Positions 43,116 to 53,365 of a DNA stretch of 64,000 nucleotides are shown in pieces. The position numbers and the translations under genes were made by a program. Positions within the stretch are counted from its first letter, which is position 1, and every line of letters starts with the position of its first letter. The stretch comes from an uncultured virus (IMG/VR IMGVR_UViG_3300031525_000002) (taxonomy: Duplodnaviria > Heunggongvirae > Uroviricota > Caudoviricetes), in IMG/VR virus record IMGVR_UViG_3300031525_000002; one strand, given 5' to 3'. Below the pieces are notes generated by a model, which was not told the DNA's origin, did no database searches, and saw only the letters and a program-made list of their open reading frames with translations.

Positions 43116-43698
43116 ATGACAGAACGTCTGACGTGCTCGCTATGCGACCGGCCGCGAAAAGCACGTGGCTACTGCAACACGCATCTAGGGCGGTTATACC
43201 GAGGCGCTCCACTCGATGGTTCACGGCAGCCACGAAAGGTGCACGCATTGTGTTCGGGCGGTTGCGGGACGGCACGGTTTCGAGGGAGTCCAGACTTCTA
43301 CGTACATAAGGGAGTGCCTCGTACAAAATGTAAGACGTGCTTGGCGCAAGAGAGCGAATCGTGGAGACAAGCGAACCCAGAGAGACACAAGGCCATCTTC
43401 CGTCGGTGCAACCACCGAATAAATCTGAGGCTGCGCTTTGGACTGACGGTTGAGGAGTTCGACGCGCTGTTTAGGAATCACAACGGTCTCTGCGATAATC
43501 TGCGGTGAACCAGAGCCGCGAAAAGATCGTCGCCTGAGTCTCGACCACGATCACAAGACGAACGAACTGCGCGGCTTTCCGTGCTCACTGTGCAACTTGA
43601 TCCTCGGCCTTGTGAAAGACAACCCAGAACTACTGGAGAAGATGGCGTTCTACTTGAGACATGCTCGATTGGTGGTGCCAGGACGGCACGTTGCATGA
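43116..43698 (+). pseudogene. Endonuclease VII-like homing endonuclease with a +1 frameshift near 43497
   Basis: Frame 1 reads ...RFGLTVEEFDAL..HNGLC; frame 2 reads ICG...LSLDHDHKT..RG..C..CN..LG..KDN. Confidence 0.75.
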
Positions 43699-44137
43699 GC
43701 GTCCGGTTCATCTGCGACGCGTGCGGCAAGAGCGCGCCGTCACACGTACCGGACGGATGGCACCAGACGCAGATGGGGGTCCACGCGTGCTCGCAGGACT
43801 GCGTCAAGCGAATCGCTGAGCAAGGCGTACGCCCGCTCGCCCCAGTAGTTGCGCTCCGTCACACGGAAGGCAATGAGCCATGGCGCAAGGAAGTCGCCGA
43901 CGCGTTCGGCGGCTCGGCCTTCCTCGGCGCGTTGGCAGGGAGCGTGCTCGGCCATACGCTGCGGGACGTGGCGCCATCAGGCTGGGCTCGCCCCACCCGT
44001 GGCGAAGCCTGCCACTACTTCGTCGACCGCAACTCGCTGTGCGGAGAATGGAAAGGCTTCCGTGGGGCGGTGCAGGTGAAGCCGACGTTGAACAACGTGT
44101 GTGACCAGTGCAAAACGAAACGACCGGAGACCGACCG

Positions 44138-44500
44138 ATGACCCTACAATCGAAGATCGACAGCCTCGCCGTGAAGTTCGCCGTGCAAGTGTTCGACGCC
44201 ATCCGCGAGTGCTCGCTCGAGGAACTCGGCGGAGTGCCTGCGCGCCCACGCCTTCGCCTCGTGCCATCACGGAAGACCGGACGCCTTGCGAGACGATCCG
44301 ACGTGGCCATCGGCAAGGTCGTCACCCAGATCGTCACCCTCGTGAAAGCGAACAAGAGCGGCCTGCGCGCGGAGGACATCCGGACGAAGCTTGGGCTCCG
44401 CGCGAAGGAACTGCCGAAGCCGCTCAAGGTCGCGCTCGCGGCGAAGCAACTACGGAAGACGGGGAAGAAACGGGCGACGGTGTACCAGGCTGGGAAGTGA
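44138..44500 (+). CDS. Basic winged-helix DNA-binding (nucleoid-type) protein resembling a myxobacterial family
   Basis: GRLARRS...IV.L.K....GLRAE.IR..LGL..KELPKPL...L....L.KTG.KRAT.Y. Confidence 0.65.
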   Translation: MTLQSKIDSLAVKFAVQVFDAIRECSLEELGGVPARPRLRLVPSRKTGRLARRSDVAIGKVVTQIVTLVKANKSGLRAEDIRTKLGLRAKELPKPLKVALAAKQLRKTGKKRATVYQAGK

Positions 44501-46242
44501 CGATCGGAGCGTGGGCGGCGGTAGCGGGACTGGGCATGTACGCGTACCTGTTCGGAGGTCTGATGGAGCCGGTGAGCGAAAAGATTGCGGCGGCACTCGA
44601 GGCAGCGGGCCAGGGGCTCGACTCCGACGAGCGCGGAGTCGTCACGATCACGAAGGCGTGCGACGCCATCGAGCGCCTCGGGCACATGTGGCGGAAGGCC
44701 GAGGGGCGCGTCCTCAGTCTCGAGCGAGCCGTGAAGCGCCTCACCGCCGAGGTCGCAGCGGGCGCGAAGCGAGAGCGGGAGGCGCACGACGACAGGCTGC
44801 GAGCTCGTGAGCAACTGGCCATCGCCGAACAGACCATCGCAAACCTGAGAGCCCAACTCACACCGAAAGGGAAGCGGCGGTGACGAACAACGAGCGCCAC
44901 CGCGGCTTCGTCTCCTCCCCCGAGTTGGACGACATCATCGAGGCGCATCGCGTCCGCCTCGATGAGCAGCGGCCCGAGGGGGCAGAGTTGACCAGCGTAT
45001 CGACGGCGATCCGGAACCTCATCCAAGAGGGTGACAAGTCGGTCAGGGCACGGGAGAAGAAGAGGTGAGCTACGAGCACGGGGACATCGTGAAGGTCGAG
45101 CTCACGCACGCGGACGGGACGGTCAAGACCCTGACAGGTGAGGAGGCGACGAAGTGGGGCGAGTACGTTGCCGCGCAAGGCTTCCATGCGGCGAATCACG
45201 GGATGGCGTGTCCGCCGTTCGCGTGGGTGGAGACGAAGCCGACGACGAAGGAACGTCGTGTCCCTGTGCAGGGCGATGGCAACTACAGTCTTCGCCCAGA
45301 CGACCCTCGCCGGGCTGGTGCCCACTACCCAGGCACCGTCACATGGGAAGAGCGCTGCGAAGCGTGGGTGGGCTACGCCAAGAGATATTCCGGCCAAGAT
45401 GCCGAGCGCATCGCAGAACGCGGCGGGTTCGGCTACGCCGAGATGACGGAGTACATGGGCCACGAACCGGTGACGTGGCGCGTGCATCCGCAGTACGAGG
45501 GACGATGACATGAAAGCTCTCGTCTGGAGCCGCCTCGGGGCTCCGTGCCGCCTATGTCGTCACCTGGGCGCGTCGCACAACCACGTGACGAGCGCCTGCG
45601 GCGGTCCCCGCTGTCGCTGCAAAACGTTCACGCTCAAGAACGAGGATCTCGCGCGAATTGCGAAGGCCGCGCTCCGTGAAGGGCTACGGTACGTGGGCGT
45701 CCGGGGAGCCCGCATACAGACGATGGAGGTCAAGGGAACCATGCTCGTACGAGCCGCCGTGGTGACGGGCGCCTGGGCCTCACTGGGGCATCAACAACGC
45801 CAAGACCTGTGCCACCGCCTCGTGGAAGAGTGGGTCGGTCGTGACGAGCAACGCGTTCTCGTAGAGACGTGGACATGAAGTACGACGAGATCACCACGGC
45901 AATGCGCGCTTTCGTCGGTGCGCGCGAGGCATTCCGTAAGCTTGGGTACGCCGCGAAGGACCTCTCCCTCTTGGTGGCGAGGAGTGCGCGTCACAACGGC
46001 GTGCTGAGCGCGTTCGTGTTCCTGCGCGCGCAGAACAAGACCTTCAGCCTCGAGTGCGGCCCGGTGAAGAGCGAGGCATCCGCCAAGGCGGAGTACGAGC
46101 GCGTGTGCGAGGCGATCAACAGCGGAGTCGTCACGCAGGCGGATCTCGACCGGATGTGGCAGGAGAGCGAGCCGTTCAACGACAAGGTAGGCTTTGCGAC
46201 GGCACTGATGCTCAAGGGCTTTGTGACTCCAAAGGGGCTGTC

Positions 46243-46725
46243 GTGAAGCACCTCGTCCTCCACCACGAGCTCCACTGCGACCCCGACACGTACTGGGCAT
46301 GCGTCCTCGACCAGGCGTACAACCAAGAACTCTTCATCAGTTGCCTCCAGTTCGTGCGCTACGAGGTGACGATGCAGCGCGACATGGGCGACCACGTGCT
46401 GCGGCAGGTGCGTGCCGAGGCGTCACGCGCGGGCGTGCCCGGTTTCCTTCAGAAGGCGCTCCCGTATATCGAGGAGGGCGACCTCGACCGGCCGCGGTCG
46501 CTCTACTCCTTCCGGACCATCAACGAGACGATGGGCAACCAGGTGAAGATCCACGGCTACATGCATTGCGCCGAACTAGGACCGCGCCGCTGCCACCGGA
46601 CGACGGAGATTCACATCGACGTGACGATGCTGGGGCTGGGTGGATTCGTGGAAAACCGACTCGGTAACGACCTGACGAAGTCGTACAACGTGAGTGCGGA
46701 GTTCACGAACAGATGGGTGCGATGA
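46243..46725 (+). CDS. DUF2505 / SRPBCC (START-like) protein, probably host-derived
   Basis: H...CDPDTYW....D..YN..L...Y.EEG...GLGGFVE.....L..SY...A.F...W. Confidence 0.6.
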   Translation: MKHLVLHHELHCDPDTYWACVLDQAYNQELFISCLQFVRYEVTMQRDMGDHVLRQVRAEASRAGVPGFLQKALPYIEEGDLDRPRSLYSFRTINETMGNQVKIHGYMHCAELGPRRCHRTTEIHIDVTMLGLGGFVENRLGNDLTKSYNVSAEFTNRWVR

Positions 46726-47404
46726 ATCGTCGGGCCTCATGCGCCCGGAGGATCCGATGAAGAAACGAAAGCCGAAGTCGGTGTGGCTGTAGTGTGAACG
46801 TCAGGACCGCCTCATCAAGTGGTACCAGCGGAGAGTGAAGATGGGACGCATGAAGGTCGAGACGAGGGTGGAGTGCTATGAGGTCGACGGCACGGAAACG
46901 CCCGTCATGGGCGACGTGTCGATCGCGGTCCTCTCACATTGGAACCGGGACAATATGGTCGTCCTCAAGCTCGGGTCGAAGTCGTACACGGTGGTCGGGA
47001 GTCAGCTTGAGCGAGCCATTCGCAACGCAACGAACGTCGAGCGGTAGACTCCCATCCGTGCGCGCGGAGGATCTGAAACATGAGGACGACTCCAAAGTTG
47101 AGATGCGATGCCCGAGAAACCCTTGGCGCAGACCCTCCCGCGCAACGAGGCGTTGTCGTCGAAGGTATGAACTTAGAATCCGCTCTTCTGTACGACCTGG
47201 AGGAGGCTCTATCCTCACTTCGCGAAGTGACGAACCGGCTCAAGCTGGTCATGCCGTGTCCAGGTTGCTCGTCCCACATTGCCGGTGATGACGAGCATGT
47301 CCTTGGTTGCACGGTGGCGCAGGTGCTCGACAAGGCCCGTGCCGTACTCGAATCACATAACTGAAAATGCGCGCGAGGTCCTGTTGAGGCAGATCGATGA
47401 GGTG

Positions 47405-48205
47405 ATGTCTGGGGCGTCGAGGTGGGCGCTTGTCGAGGGCGACTGCCTCGACGTGCTGCCGACGATGGGCGAGCGGAGCGTGGCGCACGTCATCACGGAT
47501 CCGCCGTACGAGGCGGAGGCGCACACGCTCCAGCGGCGGTGCATGCGCGGCGGCGCGGAGTACCGGCGGCGAGGGAACAGGGGCGGCGTGGCACTCGTCG
47601 AGCCACTGACCTTCGAGCCGATAACCGAGGATGTGCGCGATCGTGCCGGCGCTCAGATCGGTCGGCTCGCGGCGCGCTGGGCTCTCGTCTTCTGCCAGGT
47701 CGAGGCGACGAGTCTGTGGCGCGGAGCCCTGGTGTGCGGGAACTCGTCCCAGCCGACTGGGCACGCCTACAAGCGAACTTGCATCTGGTACAAGCCCGAC
47801 GCGCAGCCACAGTTGACCGGCGATCGTCCGGGCACGGGCTACGAGTCAATCGTCGTGACGCACGCATCGGGTCGAAGCCGCTGGAACGCTGGTGGCCGAG
47901 TCGGAGTGTTCCAGCACTCGGCGCGCTGGAGCGGTGGCCGCCCTCACGATCATCCGACGGAGAAGCCTTACGAACTCATGGCAGACCTGGTGATGTGCTT
48001 CACCGACCCCGACGACATCGTCCTCGACCCCTTCGCCGGCAGTGGCACCACGGGCGTCGCCTGCCTCCGCCTCGGGCGCCGGTTCATCGGCATCGAGAAG
48101 AACGCGACCTACGCCCAGCTCGCGCGTGACCGACTGGACGCCGAGAAGGCCGATAGCACACTTGTTGCAAAGCGATCCGGACAGACCGCTTTGTTCGGAA
48201 AGTAG
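47405..48205 (+). CDS. DNA N4/N6 methyltransferase (beta class; start uncertain)
   Basis: EGDCL, ITDPPY, HPTEKP, VLDPFAGSGTTG, FIGIE. Confidence 0.9.
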   Translation: MSGASRWALVEGDCLDVLPTMGERSVAHVITDPPYEAEAHTLQRRCMRGGAEYRRRGNRGGVALVEPLTFEPITEDVRDRAGAQIGRLAARWALVFCQVEATSLWRGALVCGNSSQPTGHAYKRTCIWYKPDAQPQLTGDRPGTGYESIVVTHASGRSRWNAGGRVGVFQHSARWSGGRPHDHPTEKPYELMADLVMCFTDPDDIVLDPFAGSGTTGVACLRLGRRFIGIEKNATYAQLARDRLDAEKADSTLVAKRSGQTALFGK

Positions 48206-48477
48206 GTTCCCACAAATGCGCGCTTTTCGGGTGGAAACGGCTCTGTCAAGTGAGGAGGTAGGACCATGTTCAAGGTGATGAAGCAGGTGGTCGATGGCGC
48301 TGGAGTGCATCGGTGGACGGCCGCCGGGCCGGCGCAGTACCCGACCGAGGGTGAGGCGGAGAAGGGCATGCGGCGGGCCATGCTGGCCTCGCTGAGGGGC
48401 CAGCACGCCGAAGGGTACCGCTGCGCCCGATTCAAGATTGCGCCCGTCCTGGCCGCCGTGGCGTGCCTGGTCTTGCA

Positions 48478-49416
48478 GTGACCGGAGTTCTCCACACAGG
48501 GGACGCTCTCACGGTCCTGCGCACGCTTCCCGCCGCATCGGTCCAGTGTTGCGTCACGAGCCCACCATACTGGGGCCTGCGGGATTACGGTGTCGAGGGC
48601 CAGCTCGGCCTCGAAGAGACGCCGGACGCCTACGTGGAACGCCTGGTGGGTATCTTCGCAGAGGTCCGGCGCGTGCTCAGGACGGATGGAACATGCTGGG
48701 TCAACCTCGGGGACTCGTATGCAAGGAAGGGCCAGCACAAGCCGGGGGATTCGGGGAAGCAGGCTGGCGTCTACGACAGAGGTGGCGGTCGCGCGAGTGC
48801 CACCATGGACTTCACGACGAGCGGATTCAAACCCAAGGACCTGATCGGCATTCCGTGGATGGTGGCCTTCTCGCTGCGAAAGGAAGGCTGGTATCTGCGC
48901 TCGGACATCGTTTGGGCCAAGCCGAACGTGATGCCCGAGAGCGTCACCGATCGCCCAACAAAAGCGCACGAGTACGTTTTTCTCCTGAGTAAGTCGGAAC
49001 GGTACTTCTACGACGCGGACGCGATTCGGGAGCCGCACACGATGAAGCCACAGAGGCGAATCAGTCCGATTGAGGAGCGCCCAAAGCACGGAGGCCGGCA
49101 AGCCCACACTGAGGCCGGATACCGGACGAGAGCGGCGCTGGGCTTTGATGGGCATCCTCTCGGTCGCAACGCTCGCACCGTATGGTCGATCAACACCAAG
49201 GCGTACAAGGGCGCCCACTTCGCGGTCTTCCCCGAGGAGCTGCCGCGTCGCTGCATCTTGGCCGGCTCTCGACCGGGCGATGTCGTGCTGGACCCCTTCG
49301 CGGGCAGCGGCACAACGTGCGCTGTCGCGAAGTCTCTCGGTCGCAACTTCCTCGGAATCGAGCTGAACGAAACCTACACGGCGCTGGCAGAGAAGCGCAT
49401 TGCAGAATCCGCGTGA
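48478..49416 (+). CDS. DNA N4-cytosine methyltransferase (SPPY type)
   Basis: VTSPPYWGLRDY, NLGDSY, KPKDL.GIPW, HFAVFP, VLDPFAGSGTT. Confidence 0.9.
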   Translation: MTGVLHTGDALTVLRTLPAASVQCCVTSPPYWGLRDYGVEGQLGLEETPDAYVERLVGIFAEVRRVLRTDGTCWVNLGDSYARKGQHKPGDSGKQAGVYDRGGGRASATMDFTTSGFKPKDLIGIPWMVAFSLRKEGWYLRSDIVWAKPNVMPESVTDRPTKAHEYVFLLSKSERYFYDADAIREPHTMKPQRRISPIEERPKHGGRQAHTEAGYRTRAALGFDGHPLGRNARTVWSINTKAYKGAHFAVFPEELPRRCILAGSRPGDVVLDPFAGSGTTCAVAKSLGRNFLGIELNETYTALAEKRIAESA

Positions 49417-49462
49417 TCACACTCCCACTTCTGCGCGCGGGACAAGGAAAGACGAGGGAACT

Positions 49463-49891
49463 ATGAGCCGATCGGGGTACACGTACGATTACGACGACAT
49501 CGGGAGCCTGAACCTGTACCGGGCGAACATCGCTCGGACCATCGGAGGCAAGCGCGGCCAGGCGTTCCTTCGCGAGATGGGCGCCGCCCTCGACGCCATG
49601 CCCGTCAAGGAGCTGGTCTCCGAGGAGATCGTCCGCGACCCAGAGCACGTCTGCGCGATCGGCTCCGTGGCGCTCGCGCGGGGGCTCGATGTCTCTCAGC
49701 TCGACGTCGAGGACGGGGAGGCGGTCGGCAAGACGTTCGGCATCACGGCGATCCTGGCGAGAGAGATCGCTTACGAGAACGACGAGCAAGGCTCTCACAA
49801 GGAGACACCCGCCCAGAGGTGGACGCGCATGCGGGCGTGGGTGGACGAGAACCTCACCAAGGCGCCGGCTACCCCAGACCAAGGGACGTGA
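49463..49891 (+). CDS. Conserved phage hypothetical protein
   Basis: MSRSGY.......YR......I.GKRGQAFLRE...ALDAMP.K.L...VCAIG...EI.YENDE...RW..MR.WV. Confidence 0.75.
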   Translation: MSRSGYTYDYDDIGSLNLYRANIARTIGGKRGQAFLREMGAALDAMPVKELVSEEIVRDPEHVCAIGSVALARGLDVSQLDVEDGEAVGKTFGITAILAREIAYENDEQGSHKETPAQRWTRMRAWVDENLTKAPATPDQGT

Positions 49892-51449
49892 ACCGTGCGC
49901 GCAAAAGGCGAGAAGATGACCGAAGCTGAGCGAAAGCGGCGACCGTGTGCCGCATGCGGTAAGCCGGTGGGCCTCGCGACCATCGTGTGCGGCGGGGACT
50001 TCCCTGATGCGCCGCTATGCTTCACGTGCGGCGAGCTGGAGCCCTTCGAGGAGCTTCCGAGGCTGATTCGAGAACGACAGGGGGACCATTCGTGTGGTCT
50101 GCCCATGGGCTCACGCGAAACGTGCGCCGCGTGCCATGACGGAAAGCCGCGTTAGGGATGCGCGCTCGTTGGGCCTAGACGAAAGAAAGGAACGGAGACC
50201 GATGACGACGCCACGCAGAATCAGACTTGACCTCTCAACCCCACCCGAGGTCGCCATTCGTGCGGCGATGCATGCGGTGGAGTCGATGGGAGCAGACCCG
50301 CGGTTGACGTCGGCGGTCAACCACCTGAGTAAGGCGCTGGACTTTGTGTCTGCCCATGTGGACGACGAGATGCGTCTGGCCGACCTCGGAGAGAATCGGC
50401 GGATGGTCTCGGAGGCCAACGACCTCGCATGGGTCCGACATAACCCGGACGTGCTGCCGCCATATCGTAAGCGGCCGGCGCTGTCTCCGAACCAAGCGCA
50501 CTGGATGCTCGCCCGTGCGATCAACGGCAAGGGTGACGTGAGCACGAAAGCGATGGCCGAGTGGTGCGGGGAGGTCGAGCCGGACCCCGAGCAACTCAAT
50601 CCGCCCATCCGGTTGCCAGGCTGAGCGTGCGCCCGAATGACGGAAGGAGGACGGAGACATGGGTACAGACCCGAGCAATGACCCGATCGTGAGGACGTGG
50701 ACGAGCTGGGGCGCACCGACCGGAGAGGCGGTGCGCTATGTGACCGAGTCGGGCCGTGAGTGGCGGTCGGACCCTAGCGGCGAGGTCGTGAGCGGGACGG
50801 ACCGAGGGACGCTATCCGGGGGCGGCAAGTTCGGACCGACCACCATCACACCGTCTGGATGGCGAAGATGATGCGCCCGGATGAAGGAAGGAGGACCGAA
50901 CGATGACGAAAGCCATGGAAGCCTACGCGTGCATGCAACGACTGCGGGCCCTGCACTCCGAGGTATGCAGCGAGCAACAACGTCTGGCGGATCTGCGACG
51001 TGAGATGGGGCACCCCACCGACGAGCAGATCGAGCGCGCAGTGGAGATGAAGAAGACGATTGTGCGCGGCTGCACTCAGAACCCGTGAGCGAGCCGTGCG
51101 CCCGGAGCAAACCAAGATGAGGAGGACGTGATGACCGATGTGCAGAAGAAGGTGATCCGCGACAACGCGCAGGCCATCCGAGACCTCGCCTACTACCGCC
51201 TGGGCGAGTCCGGTGTGGTCGACGAGAACGTGAGGAGCGACCTCGCGCAGATCGTGGGACTCGCCGACGCGGTGTTGCTGACGGTGGGCGATCCGTATTC
51301 CACGGAGCCAGTCGCGTCCCAATCGGTAGAGAAATGATGCGCCCGGTCAATTCCTACAGGAGCCGACTGCTCAACAAACACCCGGCGTGAGGCTGCGCCC
51401 GTTACGTGGAAGGACGAAGGATGCGGAAGGCGGTGCGTACGTCTGGCAG

Positions 51450-51478
51450 TTGACCGGTTTTTCTGGACGTGCGACGAT
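51450..51478 (+). promoter_or_regulatory. Sigma70-like promoter, probably for a leaderless mRNA
   Basis: TTGACC-N17-GACGAT, then 6 nt to the ATG at 51485; no SD. Confidence 0.45.
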
Positions 51479-51484
51479 TCTGGC

Positions 51485-52189
51485 ATGAATCCTCTACTCC
51501 TCGGCGGCGCCGCCTTGGTAGCCCTTCTCGCTCTCTCAAGCTCCTCGTCGGCCTCTGCGTCGCAAGACCAGATGGTCTTCAAGGACTACATGTGGACCAC
51601 GACGCTGCCGGCAACCTTGCCGATCGCGAATGGCCTCATCGAGTCCACGCTGCTTGCAGCAGCCCAGGCAGGTCAGTGGCCTGCGCCGAGTCCGCTTGCA
51701 GCGGAGCTTCCTGCACCGCCCAATGCCAGCGCTACGGGTGGAAAGTGGGCGCACTACCCGTGCGGCTGGGCAAAGACGAACAGCGGTGGAGCGATGGTAG
51801 CAAGCGTGTTTCCGGGCTGCCCGGGAACCGTGGACGTGTACGCGTGGATCCCGAACTTCTCGTGGAACCCCAACAACCCTAGCGTTTTGCCGGTGACGCA
51901 GATCAACGGCTACTACGTCACGATGGCCCCCAACGTATGGTCCGACAAGGCGGACGGTTCGACAGGGCCGTCTGGACCAGGGGTTTTCTGGACAGTTGGT
52001 CAAGCAGGATGGCCGCCTCCTCCACCCGGACAGTCATCGGGCCACTGGTACATGCGCGCGCCTGGTTACTGCGTCTGGCTGACGTCCGCCAACGCGAACA
52101 CGGGTGAACTCGCGTCGTACGCGTTCAACCTCGGCACCGCCGTGCCGACCACCGCCGCCGCCCCGTCGTCGTTCCTCTCGTCTCTCTGA
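51485..52189 (+). CDS. Secreted or membrane-anchored P/G/W-rich protein (possible virion or surface protein)
   Basis: Hydrophobic N-terminus MNPLLLGGAALVALLALSSSS; low charge; composition differs from neighbouring genes. Confidence 0.6.
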   Translation: MNPLLLGGAALVALLALSSSSSASASQDQMVFKDYMWTTTLPATLPIANGLIESTLLAAAQAGQWPAPSPLAAELPAPPNASATGGKWAHYPCGWAKTNSGGAMVASVFPGCPGTVDVYAWIPNFSWNPNNPSVLPVTQINGYYVTMAPNVWSDKADGSTGPSGPGVFWTVGQAGWPPPPPGQSSGHWYMRAPGYCVWLTSANANTGELASYAFNLGTAVPTTAAAPSSFLSSL

Positions 52190-52196
52190 GGTCACC

Positions 52197-52385
52197 ATGG
52201 CGAAGAAGCACCCGAAGGGGCATGTCGTCGCGGCGAAGGCCGTGAAGCGTCGCGCAGGCTGCATGTACTTTGTCGACGCGCACGGCAACGTTCGCGAGAC
52301 CGAGATGAAGGGCAAGCGCAAGAAGGGCCAAGGCGCTCGCAACGACCTCTGCAAGCCCGCCAAGCGGCGCAAGCGACGTCGGTGA
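52197..52385 (+). CDS. Very basic 62-aa putative DNA-condensing protein
   Basis: K/R-rich; core VKRRAGCMYFVDAHGNV resembles small prokaryotic chromatin proteins (KR.xGY.YF.D..G.V type); GAGGT SD. Confidence 0.55.
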   Translation: MAKKHPKGHVVAAKAVKRRAGCMYFVDAHGNVRETEMKGKRKKGQGARNDLCKPAKRRKRRR

Positions 52386-52527
52386 ACAAGGCTCGACGTC
52401 GTCGGCTGAAGCGTCAGCGACCTCGCCTCATGGTGACAACATGGTCGCCCGTGCGCGCAGAGTGGCGGCTCCGTCGCACCAGTCAGCGGCTGCCGGGGCA
52501 TACGGTCGGGCCGGCGTGTAGGCCGCG

Positions 52528-53118
52528 GTGACGCGCGAGGAGTCGCAAGCATCGGCCGCTTGGCGCCCGGGCATAGGCGGCTACTCGGTCGACATCCTCC
52601 CGTGGATCGACGCCATCGCCCCGACGAGGCCGAAGCCGCTGGCGCTGGTCGAAATTGGGGTGCTGTACGGCAGATCGATCCTCTACTGGGCCGAACGCCT
52701 CCGCCAACTCGGCCACGGCGCCGACACGCGCCTCGTGGGCGTCGACATGCCCGTCCTCGACCCAGACGGCCATGCGGTGCTCAAGCGCAACCTGGAGGAG
52801 ACGAGGAGCGCGTGGGAGCCCGTGACGGTCGAGCTCGACCTCCGGCCCAGCGTGGAGGCGGCAGCGAGTTATGCGGACGGGTCGTTCGACATCGCTTTCA
52901 TCGACGGCTCGCATAAGGAAGCCGATGTCCGAGCCGACATCGAGGCGTGGAGGCGGAAGGTCCGCGCGGGCGGCATTCTTGCGGGCCACGACTACGGCTG
53001 GCGGAGCGGTGACCATGCGGGCGTCAAGATTGCCGTCGACGCGCTTCTCGGGCCGGTGGAGCACCGCGACAGCGTCTGGTGGCAAATCGTCACGCGGGAA
53101 CCCATCGCCCGTCCGTGA
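52528..53118 (+). CDS. Class I SAM methyltransferase (Methyltransf_24-like)
   Basis: VEIGVLYGRS...GVD...FIDGSH....V.ADI.AW...V..GG.LAGHDY. Confidence 0.85.
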   Translation: MTREESQASAAWRPGIGGYSVDILPWIDAIAPTRPKPLALVEIGVLYGRSILYWAERLRQLGHGADTRLVGVDMPVLDPDGHAVLKRNLEETRSAWEPVTVELDLRPSVEAAASYADGSFDIAFIDGSHKEADVRADIEAWRRKVRAGGILAGHDYGWRSGDHAGVKIAVDALLGPVEHRDSVWWQIVTREPIARP

Positions 53119-53362
53119 GGAGTCCGTGGTGACCGCATGCACGGCACTCGAGTGAGGGTGAGAGCGAGAGCGGCGACTAGCGTACCAGATCCCAACCGTC
53201 GTCCCACGCAGGCTTGACGGAGACGCAGCCTTGGCATTCGGAGCCATCCTTCGGGTTCGGATGCCAGTAGAAGACGTGTGCGATGACGCCGTTCATGCGA
53301 CGCACCTCGAAGCGCACGCCGAGGCCCGCGTCAACGATGGGGTCCGCAGTGCAGAGCGTCAC
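53090..53362 (-). pseudogene. DUF6527-like Cys/His protein interrupted by an in-frame TAG at 53177-53179
   Basis: Reads ...WDLVR*SPLSLSPSLECRACGHHGLLTDGRWVPA in one frame. Confidence 0.6.
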
Positions 53363-53365
53363 TTG

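Larger units (their letters stand above)
39685..51337 (+). other. Second + strand array of small hypothetical phage genes
   Basis: Overlap chain, e.g. 39685-40002, 39999-40772, 40769-41335, 41332-42129, 42126-42329, 44880-45068, 45065-45508, 45510-45878, 47080-47364. Confidence 0.75.

Noticed and set aside
52386..52527. tRNA or ncRNA in this gap, and in 51338-51449
   Set aside because: No cloverleaf or T-loop GTTCRA consensus; only weak GC hairpins
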